Origin: Flavobacteriales bacterium
Lineage (GTDB): Bacteria > Bacteroidota > Bacteroidia > Flavobacteriales_D > Sanyastnellaceae
Reading direction: 5' to 3'
Assembly (NCBI GenBank): GCA_049454255.1
Contig: JBMTYE010000001.1
Span: 1 to 36,148, forward strand
DNA: 36,148 nucleotides
The notes under the pieces were generated by a model, which was given only the letters and a program-made list of their open reading frames with translations, did no database searches and was not told the origin of the DNA. This document shows positions 17,634 to 25,794 of the stretch, piece after piece. Both the position numbers and the translations under genes were made by a program. Within the stretch, counting starts at the first letter, position 1. Each line of letters starts with the position of its first letter.

Positions 17634-18488
17634 TCAGGCCAAACGCATCGCATCGATCAAACGCACCCCGCCCACCCAAGCAGCCACCACCGCGTAAACA
17701 GGTGCATCGCCCCTCCCCTTCGCAGGCAAAAAGGTATCTGCATGTACAGCCTCCAAGTACTCTAACTCCAGTCCGTCAACCCCCTGAAGCTGAGCACGTC
17801 CCTCAGCAATCGCCGCATCAACAGTCCCGCCCTCAGCCACCTGCTTTGCACATCCCATCACCACACGCGACAGGTGCAAGGCGACCTGACGATCCGCCGC
17901 TGAGAGGCGAAGGTTCCTCGAGCTGCGGGCCAGCCCGTCCGGTTCCCGCTCGGTCGGACACACCCGAATCTCCACATGCGGATGGGCCTGCCGCGCCCAA
18001 GCCCGCAACACGGCAACCTGCTGCAGGTCCTTCTCCCCCAAATACAACCGGTCAGGCCGAACGGCTTCGAGCAACCTCTCCACAACCGCTACAACCCCGT
18101 CGAAGTGTCCCGGACGCCGCGCTGCCTCCAGCACGGACGTGGCCGGGCCCACATCCACGGGCACCTTCGACACGGAACCACCGTATACGTCGTCCACGTC
18201 TGGCATCCACAGAATATCCGCACCGGTTGCTGCCACCCGTTCCGCATCCGCCTCGGGGGTGCGGGGGTACAGCTCGAGGTCACGTGAGTCGTTGAATTGC
18301 GTGGGATTGACGAACACGCTTACGACCACAATATCGCATTCACGGCGGGCCGTCTCCATCAGCACAGCATGGCCCGCGTGCAACGCACCCATCGTCGGAA
18401 CGAAGCCGACACTGCTGTTCGGACCGGATTTCTCAATTCTTCCGACCAACAACCGAGATAGCTCGCTCTTTCCCTTGACTTTATCCAT
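17634..18488 (-). CDS. panC: Pantoate--beta-alanine ligase
   Basis: VGFVPTMGALHAGH (HxGH motif) and VVSVFVNPTQFN are present. I chose the ATG at 18488 (MDKVKGK...), giving about 284 aa. The track ORF extends artefactually to 18743. Confidence 0.9.
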   Translation of the reverse strand: MDKVKGKSELSRLLVGRIEKSGPNSSVGFVPTMGALHAGHAVLMETARRECDIVVVSVFVNPTQFNDSRDLELYPRTPEADAERVAATGADILWMPDVDDVYGGSVSKVPVDVGPATSVLEAARRPGHFDGVVAVVERLLEAVRPDRLYLGEKDLQQVAVLRAWARQAHPHVEIRVCPTEREPDGLARSSRNLRLSAADRQVALHLSRVVMGCAKQVAEGGTVDAAIAEGRAQLQGVDGLELEYLEAVHADTFLPAKGRGDAPVYAVVAAWVGGVRLIDAMRLA

Positions 18489-18527
18489 GAAATGCCTGTA
18501 AATTCGGGTTAATCCGCGGGTGCTGGC

Positions 18528-18558
18528 TTGGAACTTTGCGCCAAATTCCGTACTTTTG
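18528..18558 (+). promoter_or_regulatory. Candidate Bacteroidetes-type promoter (-33 TTG and -7 TACTTTTG) for the 18592 gene
   Basis: TACTTTTG at 18551-18558 matches TAnnTTTG exactly. A TTG at 18528-18530 lies 20 nt upstream. The ATG is 33 nt downstream of the box. Confidence 0.4.
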
Positions 18559-18591
18559 CTCTGTTTTCGCACGTTCTGTAAAGAAGCGGCC

Positions 18592-19422
18592 ATGAGTAAA
18601 GCAAGGATCCTGTACGTCTCCCAGCACATCGTCCCCTTTCTCCCGGCCACACCGATGAGCAGCGTGTGTCGGTATCTTCCCCAGGGGGTGCATGAGAAGG
18701 GGCGTGAGATCCGGGTGTTTACCCCCCGATTTGGCAAAATCAACGAACGCAGGCATCAACTCCACGAAGTCATCCGCCTTTCCGGTATGAATTTGTCCGT
18801 GGACGACACCGACCACCCGCTGATTATCAAGGTGGCCTCCATCCCGACAGCCCGCATCCAGGTTTACTTCATCGACAACGAGGCCTATTTTAAGCGCAAA
18901 TCGGTCTTTGAAGATGCCGATGGCACCTTCTTCCAAGACAACGATGAGCGGAGCATCTTTTTCGTGCGCGGTGTCCTCGAAACGGTCAAAAAGCTCGGAT
19001 GGGCTCCGGACATCATCCACTGCAGCGGATGGATGACCCAAATTCTTCCTGTGTATTTGAAGGACATCTACCGGAAGGACCCCTATTTCGCAGAGAGCAA
19101 GGTTGTCTGCAGCATCTTCAATGAAGGGTTCGAAGGCTCTCTCGATCCCCGGATGGCAGAGAAAATGGTGATGGATGGTATCGTTCCCGCACATGTTGCT
19201 GGACTTGCAGAGCCCACGTTCGAAGCACTCAATGCCCTCGCAATAGCGCATTCCGACGGAATTGTGATCGGGTCCGAGAACCTCAGCCCGGCAACCCAGG
19301 CAGGAATCGCCTCTGCCACCGTTCCTGTGCTGAAATTCCCCGGAGAGGATGGCTACGTAGGGGAAATTAACGCGTATTACGAGCAGATTCTCGAGGGAAA
19401 GACTGAGGCTGTCGCGGAATAA
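18592..19422 (+). CDS. Glycogen/starch synthase N-terminal-domain homolog (single-domain, GT5-like)
   Basis: ARILYVSQHIVPF...REIRVFTPRFG...IQVYFIDNEAYFKR...PDIIHCSGWMT aligns by eye with the N-terminal Rossmann half of GlgA. The protein is only 276 aa. I chose the ATG at 18592. Confidence 0.75.
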   Translation: MSKARILYVSQHIVPFLPATPMSSVCRYLPQGVHEKGREIRVFTPRFGKINERRHQLHEVIRLSGMNLSVDDTDHPLIIKVASIPTARIQVYFIDNEAYFKRKSVFEDADGTFFQDNDERSIFFVRGVLETVKKLGWAPDIIHCSGWMTQILPVYLKDIYRKDPYFAESKVVCSIFNEGFEGSLDPRMAEKMVMDGIVPAHVAGLAEPTFEALNALAIAHSDGIVIGSENLSPATQAGIASATVPVLKFPGEDGYVGEINAYYEQILEGKTEAVAE

Positions 19423-19436
19423 CGGAACTTCGCGGC

Positions 19437-20750
19437 ATGCTGAAGGTGTCCGTCCGCCTCCGCGCGGCAGTCTATGTGGTGGTCGGAGGTGCGGCCCTGT
19501 GGGGTACGGGATGCAAAAAACCTGAAACAGACCTGGGCCGCGACCTCCAAACGGAGGACGACCTCCTCGCGCTGTACCAGACCGATACCACGACCGTCGG
19601 ATTCTCGACGGTGCGCGAAGACAGTTTGGCCACCGGCAACCTCAGCTCCTCGGTCCTCGGAAACATGTACCTGCCGGGCACCGGATGGCATACCGCCTCG
19701 TTTGCTTGCCAGCTGCGCCTCTCCGCCCCGGATATCGACTTCGGGGCAGGGGCTGTGCCAGACAGCCTTTACCTCCGGCTGCGCTACACCGGTACGCTGT
19801 TCGGTAGGCAAGCTCCCGTTCGCTTCGATGTCCGCGAACTCGCCGAGCCCGTGCGCATCGATTCGACGTATTACTCGAACCGAATCTTCGCCACCACCGG
19901 ACAGAACCTCGTCCACCCGGACCAGCCTGCCCAGCGGTTTGACCCGAAGGCTGAACTGCTGAGCGGAGAAGACACGCTCACCGGTGAACTCCGCATCCGC
20001 CTTGATCCCGCCTTCGCGCAGCGGCTCATGAACGCGGCTGCCGAGGGTGTTTTTGCCTCGAACGACGCCTGGCTGGAGTACTTCGATGGGCTTGCCGTTT
20101 CCCTCATGCCGGGGTCCGAAGGGGCAGCGGCGTTCGATTTGACCGGGGGCCTCAGCGGGATGCGCCTGCACTACCACAACGCCGAAGACACGCTCGTCTA
20201 CGATTTCGTCCTGAATGCGCTGAGCGGACGGGCGAACCTCTTTCGGCATACGTGGTCGGAGGAGCTTGCGGGACTGAATTCCGGCGAGGATGAAGAAGTT
20301 GCAGATGCCGGATGGGTGGTTTCAGGTGCTGGGGCCAAACTGCGCATACGCCTTCCCCACATTGCCTCGCTGAACGATTTCGAAGGGCGCGCGATCAACC
20401 GGGCCGAACTGTGGCTTCCGCTGGACTCCGCCGCACTCAACGCGCGCTTCCCACCACCGGATCAGCTGTTCGTGCTCATGGAGGACGCCGACGGACTGCC
20501 CATTTCCACCCCGGACCAGAACGCACCCGGCATCACCATCAACGGCAACCTCGATCCCGCGACAGGCTACTACCGTTTCAACCTGACCTCAACGGTGCAG
20601 CAGTGGATCAACGGCACCCTCGGTACAGACCGGTTGCATGTGGTGGCCTCCCGGGCGGGCATCAGCTTGCAAGGCGTGCGCATCCTCGGGCCCGAGGGAG
20701 ACGGCGTGTCTGACCGGCGCACGAAACTGGTGCTCACCTATTCTCATTGA
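19437..20750 (+). CDS. Hypothetical lipoprotein (DUF4270-like)
   Basis: The signal peptide has the lipobox LWGTGC, and the protein is 437 aa. Its position between the glycogen-synthase-like gene and glmS matches the synteny I recall for DUF4270 in Flavobacteriia. This needs an HMM check. Confidence 0.65.
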   Translation: MLKVSVRLRAAVYVVVGGAALWGTGCKKPETDLGRDLQTEDDLLALYQTDTTTVGFSTVREDSLATGNLSSSVLGNMYLPGTGWHTASFACQLRLSAPDIDFGAGAVPDSLYLRLRYTGTLFGRQAPVRFDVRELAEPVRIDSTYYSNRIFATTGQNLVHPDQPAQRFDPKAELLSGEDTLTGELRIRLDPAFAQRLMNAAAEGVFASNDAWLEYFDGLAVSLMPGSEGAAAFDLTGGLSGMRLHYHNAEDTLVYDFVLNALSGRANLFRHTWSEELAGLNSGEDEEVADAGWVVSGAGAKLRIRLPHIASLNDFEGRAINRAELWLPLDSAALNARFPPPDQLFVLMEDADGLPISTPDQNAPGITINGNLDPATGYYRFNLTSTVQQWINGTLGTDRLHVVASRAGISLQGVRILGPEGDGVSDRRTKLVLTYSH

Positions 20751-20768
20751 CGTTAATACCTTTCAGGC

Positions 20769-22616
20769 ATGTGCGGCATCGTGGCATATTTGGGCGATAA
20801 GCCCGCCTACCCCATCCTCATCGGGGGCCTGCAACGGCTCGAATACCGGGGCTACGACAGCGCGGGCATCGCGACCCTCGAGCCCGATTCCCACCTGCGC
20901 ATCGAGAAAAAGAAGGGCAAAGTCGCCGACCTCATCGAACACATCGACGGCAAACTCCCCGTCGGAACCATCGGCATCGGGCACACGCGTTGGGCGACCC
21001 ACGGACCGCCGAACGACGTCAACGCCCACCCCCACGCCTGCGGCACCGGGCGCATCGCCGTTATCCACAACGGCATCATCGAGAACTACGCGACGCTGAA
21101 GGAAGGTCTGCGCCAACGCGGCCACCGCTTCCTCAGTGAAACCGACACCGAAGTCCTCGCCCACCTCATAGAAGAAGTTCAGGACACCACCGGCGCACCC
21201 ATCTTCGACGCCGTCCGCATCGCCCTCAGCGAAGTGCAAGGCGCCTACGCCATCGCCGTACTGGACCGCACCCAGCCGGATGTGCTCATCGCCGCCCGCA
21301 AGTCCAGCCCGCTCGTCATCGGCGTAGGCCCGGACCACGACTACTACGTTGCCTCGGACGCCACCCCCATCGTCGCGTACACCCCGAACGTCATCTACCT
21401 CGAGGACGAGGAAATCGCGCGCATCCACCGGACCGAAGGCCTGCTTATCCGCACCATTGCAAATGACCTAGTCACCCCGGAAATCCACGCCCTCGAACTG
21501 CAACTCGAGGCGCTGGAAAAGGGGGGCTTCGAGCACTTCATGCTCAAGGAAATCTTCGAGCAACCGCGCTCCATTACAGACAGCATCCGCGGCCGCCTGA
21601 GCCTTCAGCGCGGGGAAATCAAGATGGCGGGCATCGACGACCACTGGGAACGTTGGTCTGCTGCCGAGCGCATCCTGATCATCGGGTGTGGAACGAGTTG
21701 GCACGCCGGTCTGGTGGCCGAATACCTGCTCGAGGAGTTCACGCGCATTCCCGTCGAAGTGGAATATGCGAGCGAGTTTCGCTACCGGAACCCCATCGTG
21801 AAGCCCACCGACGTGGTGATTGCGATTTCACAAAGCGGTGAGACGGCGGATACACTCGCCGCCCTGCGGCTCGCCAAATCCCAAGGAGCCCATGTCTTCG
21901 GGGTCTGCAACGTGGTAGGTTCCAGCATCGCCCGCGAAACCCACAGCGGCAGCTATACCCACGCCGGCCCCGAGATCGGCGTGGCCTCGACAAAGGCCTT
22001 CACGGCCCAAGTCGCCGTCCTCACCCTCATCGCCCTGCACCTCGGCAAGCGCCTCGGCACGCTCCCTTCCGACCGCTATTTCCGCCTCCTCGCCGAACTC
22101 TCGGGCATCCCCGACAAGGTCCAACGCATCCTCGACCACGACCTGCGCATCCAAGCCATTTCCGAGGAGTTCCACAAAGCGACAAACGCCCTCTATCTCG
22201 GCCGCGGCTACAACTTCCCCGTCGCACTCGAAGGCGCCCTCAAGCTCAAGGAAATCAGCTACATCCACGCCGAAGGCTACCCCGCCGCCGAAATGAAGCA
22301 TGGACCCATTGCGCTGATTGACAGCGAAATGCCCGTTGTCTTCATCGCCACGGACGACGAGGTCTACGACAAGGTGGTGTCGAACATCCAGGAGGTGCGG
22401 GCCCGAGGTGGCCGGCTCATTTCCATCGTCACAGAAGGCGACCGCACGGTGCCGGGCCTCTCTGACCACGTCATCGAAATTCCCCGTTGCGATGCGGCAC
22501 TGGTCCCACTCCTTACCTGCATCCCCTTACAACTGCTGAGCTACCACATTGCCGTCATGCGCGGGTGCAACGTGGATCAGCCGCGGAATCTGGCGAAGAG
22601 CGTCACGGTGGAGTAG
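20769..22616 (+). CDS. glmS: Glutamine--fructose-6-phosphate aminotransferase
   Basis: It begins MCGIVAY and has two SIS domains (GCGTSWHAG, SQSGETADT). It ends with the canonical C-terminus NLAKSVTVE. Confidence 0.97.
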   Translation: MCGIVAYLGDKPAYPILIGGLQRLEYRGYDSAGIATLEPDSHLRIEKKKGKVADLIEHIDGKLPVGTIGIGHTRWATHGPPNDVNAHPHACGTGRIAVIHNGIIENYATLKEGLRQRGHRFLSETDTEVLAHLIEEVQDTTGAPIFDAVRIALSEVQGAYAIAVLDRTQPDVLIAARKSSPLVIGVGPDHDYYVASDATPIVAYTPNVIYLEDEEIARIHRTEGLLIRTIANDLVTPEIHALELQLEALEKGGFEHFMLKEIFEQPRSITDSIRGRLSLQRGEIKMAGIDDHWERWSAAERILIIGCGTSWHAGLVAEYLLEEFTRIPVEVEYASEFRYRNPIVKPTDVVIAISQSGETADTLAALRLAKSQGAHVFGVCNVVGSSIARETHSGSYTHAGPEIGVASTKAFTAQVAVLTLIALHLGKRLGTLPSDRYFRLLAELSGIPDKVQRILDHDLRIQAISEEFHKATNALYLGRGYNFPVALEGALKLKEISYIHAEGYPAAEMKHGPIALIDSEMPVVFIATDDEVYDKVVSNIQEVRARGGRLISIVTEGDRTVPGLSDHVIEIPRCDAALVPLLTCIPLQLLSYHIAVMRGCNVDQPRNLAKSVTVE

Positions 22617-22665
22617 TCGCCGTCAGGCTATTAACAGGTTTTCAACAATCGGGGTTCAGATAAGT

Positions 22666-22698
22666 CGCCTGACGAGAACGGCAGGTCGGCGGTTTTTT
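22666..22698 (+). terminator. Candidate intrinsic terminator downstream of glmS
   Basis: CGCC(T)GAC at 22666-22673 pairs with GTCGGCG at 22685-22691, with one bulged T and an 11-nt loop. A T6 run follows at 22693-22698. Confidence 0.45.
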
Positions 22699-22743
22699 CC
22701 CGTACTTGGCCGTTCAGAATCTGAAACCACAACCTTTTTCTCC

Positions 22744-23511
22744 ATGAAAAAAATTGTTTTCGCACTGGCGCTTGTGTCGCTGGTCTCGTTCGGCGCCCAG
22801 GCGCAGAAGCAAATGGGCGATGAGCACAACATCGAACTCGGCTTCACTCCGCTCGGAAACGGTGTCATCGATGGCACGGTCCTGAAGTACCGGAACTTCC
22901 TCGAGGACAACCGCGCGTTCCGCGTGTCGTTGATGCTCGACAACAGCACGGACGTGTATGTTATGGCACAGGAAGGTGACCTGTCGGAAACGGATCCGGT
23001 GAGCCCGCAGCTGCACGACACCGAGAAGAACTCCATGTTCGGTCTCGCCGTCGGCTACGAAATGCACTGGGACGGCCAAGACCGCCTGTCTCCGTACTGG
23101 GGCGTCGAGGCGTTCTTCATGACTGGCAACTCCAGCTACGAAACCGAATCCTGGGGCGCAAATGACATCGACAACGTGGGCCAGCTCGAGAAGAACGTGA
23201 CCTGGACCGCAACGGCTTCGCAAGGCGCGAACACCTTCGGAATCCGTCTCGTAACTGGCGCTGATTTCTACTTCACGGATGCGATGTACATGGGCGTGGA
23301 AGCCGGTCTCGGCTTCGCTTCGACGAAGGTCACGGACTACACCACCGAAGTGAGCGACTTGGTCGCATATAACCTCTTCTTTAACCCTGCTGATCCGGAC
23401 GCTGATGCGCCGGTTGCCATCGTCGGTGGTTTCGACGACGGCCACCTGAGCAACTTCACCCTGGGCAACGTGTTCCAGTCGTCGTTGCGCATCGGCTACC
23501 TGTTCAACTGA
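22744..23511 (+). CDS. Outer-membrane beta-barrel protein (porin/OmpA-barrel-like, family unassigned)
   Basis: The signal peptide is MKKIVFALALVSLVSFGAQAQ. Alternating hydrophobic strands are visible (FGLAVGYEMHW, WGVEAFFMTG, FGIRLVTGADFYF, MYMGVEAGLGFA). The C-terminus SSLRIGYLFN looks like a beta-signal. C-ending codon bias and a strong terminator suggest high expression. Confidence 0.75.
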   Translation: MKKIVFALALVSLVSFGAQAQKQMGDEHNIELGFTPLGNGVIDGTVLKYRNFLEDNRAFRVSLMLDNSTDVYVMAQEGDLSETDPVSPQLHDTEKNSMFGLAVGYEMHWDGQDRLSPYWGVEAFFMTGNSSYETESWGANDIDNVGQLEKNVTWTATASQGANTFGIRLVTGADFYFTDAMYMGVEAGLGFASTKVTDYTTEVSDLVAYNLFFNPADPDADAPVAIVGGFDDGHLSNFTLGNVFQSSLRIGYLFN

Positions 23512-23532
23512 GCAGAATTTGCTTGAGAAAAG

Positions 23533-23560
23533 GGCCACCTTCCGGGGTGGCCTTTTTTTT
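23533..23560 (+). terminator. Rho-independent terminator
   Basis: GGCCACC at 23533-23539 pairs perfectly with GGTGGCC at 23546-23552 around a 6-nt loop. A T8 run follows at 23553-23560, 22 nt after the OMP stop. Confidence 0.8.
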
Positions 23561-23597
23561 GTGCCAAATCGCCGGCGCCCGAACGAACTTGGCCTCC

Positions 23598-24362
23598 ATG
23601 GAAATCGCATGTGAACTGCGGCGGCGGAACTACACCGCGAACCTCGGAGCCCCCATCGAACTGGGCGTGCCGGTGCAAGCCGAGGACGGCGCCCGGGCCT
23701 GGTACGTCGGTCCACCCACCTTCGAACCGGTCCGGATGGGCGATTGGGTGGGGTCCGTGGAACAGGGCGCCTCCGTGAACTTCAGGAACATCCACTTCAA
23801 TCCGCACGGCCACGGGACGCACACCGAATGTTTGGGCCACATCACCCTGGTTTGTGAACGGCTGCCCGAGGCACTGCCGCCCGTGCTGATGTTCGCGGCC
23901 GTCATCACGGTGGCCACGGAAGACCGTGCTGGAGACCGCGTGCTCTCGGGTCCGGCCGTGCAGGCGGCCTGGGAGCGGGTCGCAGGCACGGACGGAGCCA
24001 TCAAGGCGTGCGTACTGCGCACGGCGCCGCCCGACCCCACGTGCGGGCGGCAGGACTGGTCGAACACGAATCCGCCCTATTTGGCGGCCGATGCGGCGGC
24101 GGGTCTTGTGGAGGCGGGTGTAGAGCATTTGCTGCTGGATTTGCCTTCGGTGGACCGGGAGGTGGATGGCGGGGCGCTGGCGGCGCATCGGGCGTTTTGG
24201 CGCGTGCCCGACGCCCCGCGGCGGCACGCTACGATCACAGAAATGATCCATGTGCCGCACGATGTGGAGGATGGCCTTTACCTGCTGAACCTGCAGGTCG
24301 CGCTGTTCGACAACGATGCGGTGCCCAGTCGGCCTGTGCTTTTCCGCATCTTTGCCACCTGA
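23598..24362 (+). CDS. Cyclase / kynurenine-formamidase-like family protein (putative metal-dependent hydrolase)
   Basis: FNPHGHGTHTECLGH resembles the HxGTHxDxPxH motif of the cyclase family, with D replaced by E and P by L. There is no signal peptide. I chose the ATG at 23598. The family call needs an HMM check. Confidence 0.65.
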   Translation: MEIACELRRRNYTANLGAPIELGVPVQAEDGARAWYVGPPTFEPVRMGDWVGSVEQGASVNFRNIHFNPHGHGTHTECLGHITLVCERLPEALPPVLMFAAVITVATEDRAGDRVLSGPAVQAAWERVAGTDGAIKACVLRTAPPDPTCGRQDWSNTNPPYLAADAAAGLVEAGVEHLLLDLPSVDREVDGGALAAHRAFWRVPDAPRRHATITEMIHVPHDVEDGLYLLNLQVALFDNDAVPSRPVLFRIFAT

Positions 24363-24778
24363 TGAATACACTACGACTGGCCTTTTTCGCCGCCGTGGTG
24401 GCTGCAACAACTGGATGCACCCACCTCGAGCAATCCGTCAAGCTCGCCGAGGGCTCGCTCGTCCTCGACATCGCGCCGGTACAGGTGGATGTCAACGTGG
24501 ATACCACCCGGACGCTCACTGGCATCGGCCGTACGACCTGGGTGCTCGGCGTCATCCGCTTCGGCGACCGGACCACGGCAGATTTTCCCGGGATGCCGTT
24601 CGGGCCGGGAGCGGTGACCCGCGAGAAGCGGGCGGCCATTTACAAGGCCTTAAAAGACACTGAATTCGATGTGCTTGTGAACCCCAAATTCATCGTGGAA
24701 GAACAACGCGCCATCCTGTTTCGGCGGACCACCTGCCTCGTGGCCGGGTACGGAGGACGGTTCGAGTTTCAGCCATGA
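24362..24778 (+). CDS. Small lipoprotein, unknown function
   Basis: The ATG at 24362 overlaps the upstream stop (TGATG). The N-terminus MNTLRLAFFAAVVAATTGC is a signal peptide with a lipobox. The mature protein is about 120 aa. GIGRTTWVLGVIRFGD...VLVNPKF...VAGYG loosely recalls TRL-like lipoproteins, with low certainty. Confidence 0.65.
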   Translation: MNTLRLAFFAAVVAATTGCTHLEQSVKLAEGSLVLDIAPVQVDVNVDTTRTLTGIGRTTWVLGVIRFGDRTTADFPGMPFGPGAVTREKRAAIYKALKDTEFDVLVNPKFIVEEQRAILFRRTTCLVAGYGGRFEFQP

Positions 24779-25722
24779 AGCATCTCGCCTTCGCCGTAGG
24801 GCTCGCCTGCTGCAGCGCAGTAAGCGGCCAACGCATCGACCCGTCCATGCTTTCTGCCGGGGCAGATTCTTCGCATGGAGGGCGTTTGCAGTTGTGGATC
24901 TCGTCCCATCCCACGCGCACGGACACGCGTTGGAGTGTGGAAGCCTTCCTCGTCCCGCCGGGACTTAATGCCTTCGATCAAGGTGAATCCGTCTCCATCC
25001 TCCGCAATGCCTACCAGCATACCCGCCCGGACTTGTCCGCCGCTGAGGTGCAGTTCCGTGTGAATGAGTTCTCGTACAACAGCAACAACTACCCCTGGCT
25101 CCTCACGCGTGCCGGTACGACCGGTGCCGTCCGCGGGCTGCGCTTCGGGTACTCCGGCACCGGTGTGCTGCCAGTGGGGTTCAGCCTCGGTGTGGGCTAC
25201 ATGCCCGTGGCATACTACGCGCGTGCAGAGCGGCGCGACGGCAGCGAGGTGGCACTGAGTGGTCAGGATGAACGCGTACGGGCCTTCATGGACCACTACA
25301 ACGAACTGAGGGATGTGTACGATTGGTACTGGCCGGAGGATCCGGTGATCGGGGATTTGGCGGTGCTGCCGTTCGTCGAAGCGGGGGTTAACCGGCGGAT
25401 GGGGTCCGCTTTCGGCGTTGCGGCGTACTACCGCTTCGCGCCCGCAGCAGCCGCCCAAATCCTGCGCAACCACCAAGATTTCAACCGCATCTACCTCGAC
25501 GACGCACCTTCCGCCGTGATTCCCAGCGCGTCGTCCATCCTGACCGCCCAGCACTTCTCCGTGCAGGCGCGGTTGCATGTGTGGGCGCTCATTATCGGTC
25601 TCGAAAGCGCTTGGAGCATCCCGCCCCTGGGATCGTGGACCGAGCGGAATGTGAATGAACTCGGGGCGACGCGCATTCCCGTATCGCAGCAGCTCGGCCT
25701 CTCCGTCGGGGCCGCGTTCTAA
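24775..25722 (+). CDS. Exported protein, probable outer-membrane beta-barrel, unknown family
   Basis: The ATG at 24775 overlaps the upstream stop (ATGA). The signal peptide is MKHLAFAVGLACCSAVSGQ. Amphipathic beta-strand patterns are visible (LRFGYSGTGVLPVGFSLGVGYMPVAYYA, FGVAAYYRFA). The terminal residue is aromatic (...LSVGAAF). GC3 is high on this strand, and the opposite-strand ORF is R/G/H-rich. Confidence 0.6.
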   Translation: MKHLAFAVGLACCSAVSGQRIDPSMLSAGADSSHGGRLQLWISSHPTRTDTRWSVEAFLVPPGLNAFDQGESVSILRNAYQHTRPDLSAAEVQFRVNEFSYNSNNYPWLLTRAGTTGAVRGLRFGYSGTGVLPVGFSLGVGYMPVAYYARAERRDGSEVALSGQDERVRAFMDHYNELRDVYDWYWPEDPVIGDLAVLPFVEAGVNRRMGSAFGVAAYYRFAPAAAAQILRNHQDFNRIYLDDAPSAVIPSASSILTAQHFSVQARLHVWALIIGLESAWSIPPLGSWTERNVNELGATRIPVSQQLGLSVGAAF

Positions 25723-25742
25723 CCCGGCCGACCGAAAACACA

Positions 25743-25772
25743 CAGGCCCGACCGCTCGCGCGGCCGGGCCTG
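25743..25772. terminator. GC-rich hairpin between convergent genes, a likely bidirectional terminator
   Basis: CAGGCCCGACCGC at 25743-25755 pairs with GCGGCCGGGCCTG at 25760-25772 in 12 of 13 positions, around a TCGC loop. On the - strand it is followed by TGTGTTTTCGG, and on the + strand by TTGCATTT. Confidence 0.65.
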
Positions 25773-25794
25773 TTGCATTTCGTGGGCAAGGACG

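Noticed and set aside
20751-20768. I looked for a glmS ribozyme or other leader upstream of glmS.
   Set aside because: Only 18 nt separate the preceding stop from the glmS ATG, so there is no room for a ribozyme. The glmS ribozyme is characteristic of Gram-positive bacteria.
22714-25743. Long - strand ORFs (22714-23715, 23496-24410, 24769-25743) opposite the OMP and the cyclase/lipoprotein/barrel genes.
   Set aside because: The + strand frames have signal peptides or lipoboxes, start/stop coupling, high GC3 and flanking terminators oriented for + transcription. The - strand products are R/G/H-rich. This is the least certain strand call in the window, since the + proteins lack strong family matches, but the evidence still favours +.
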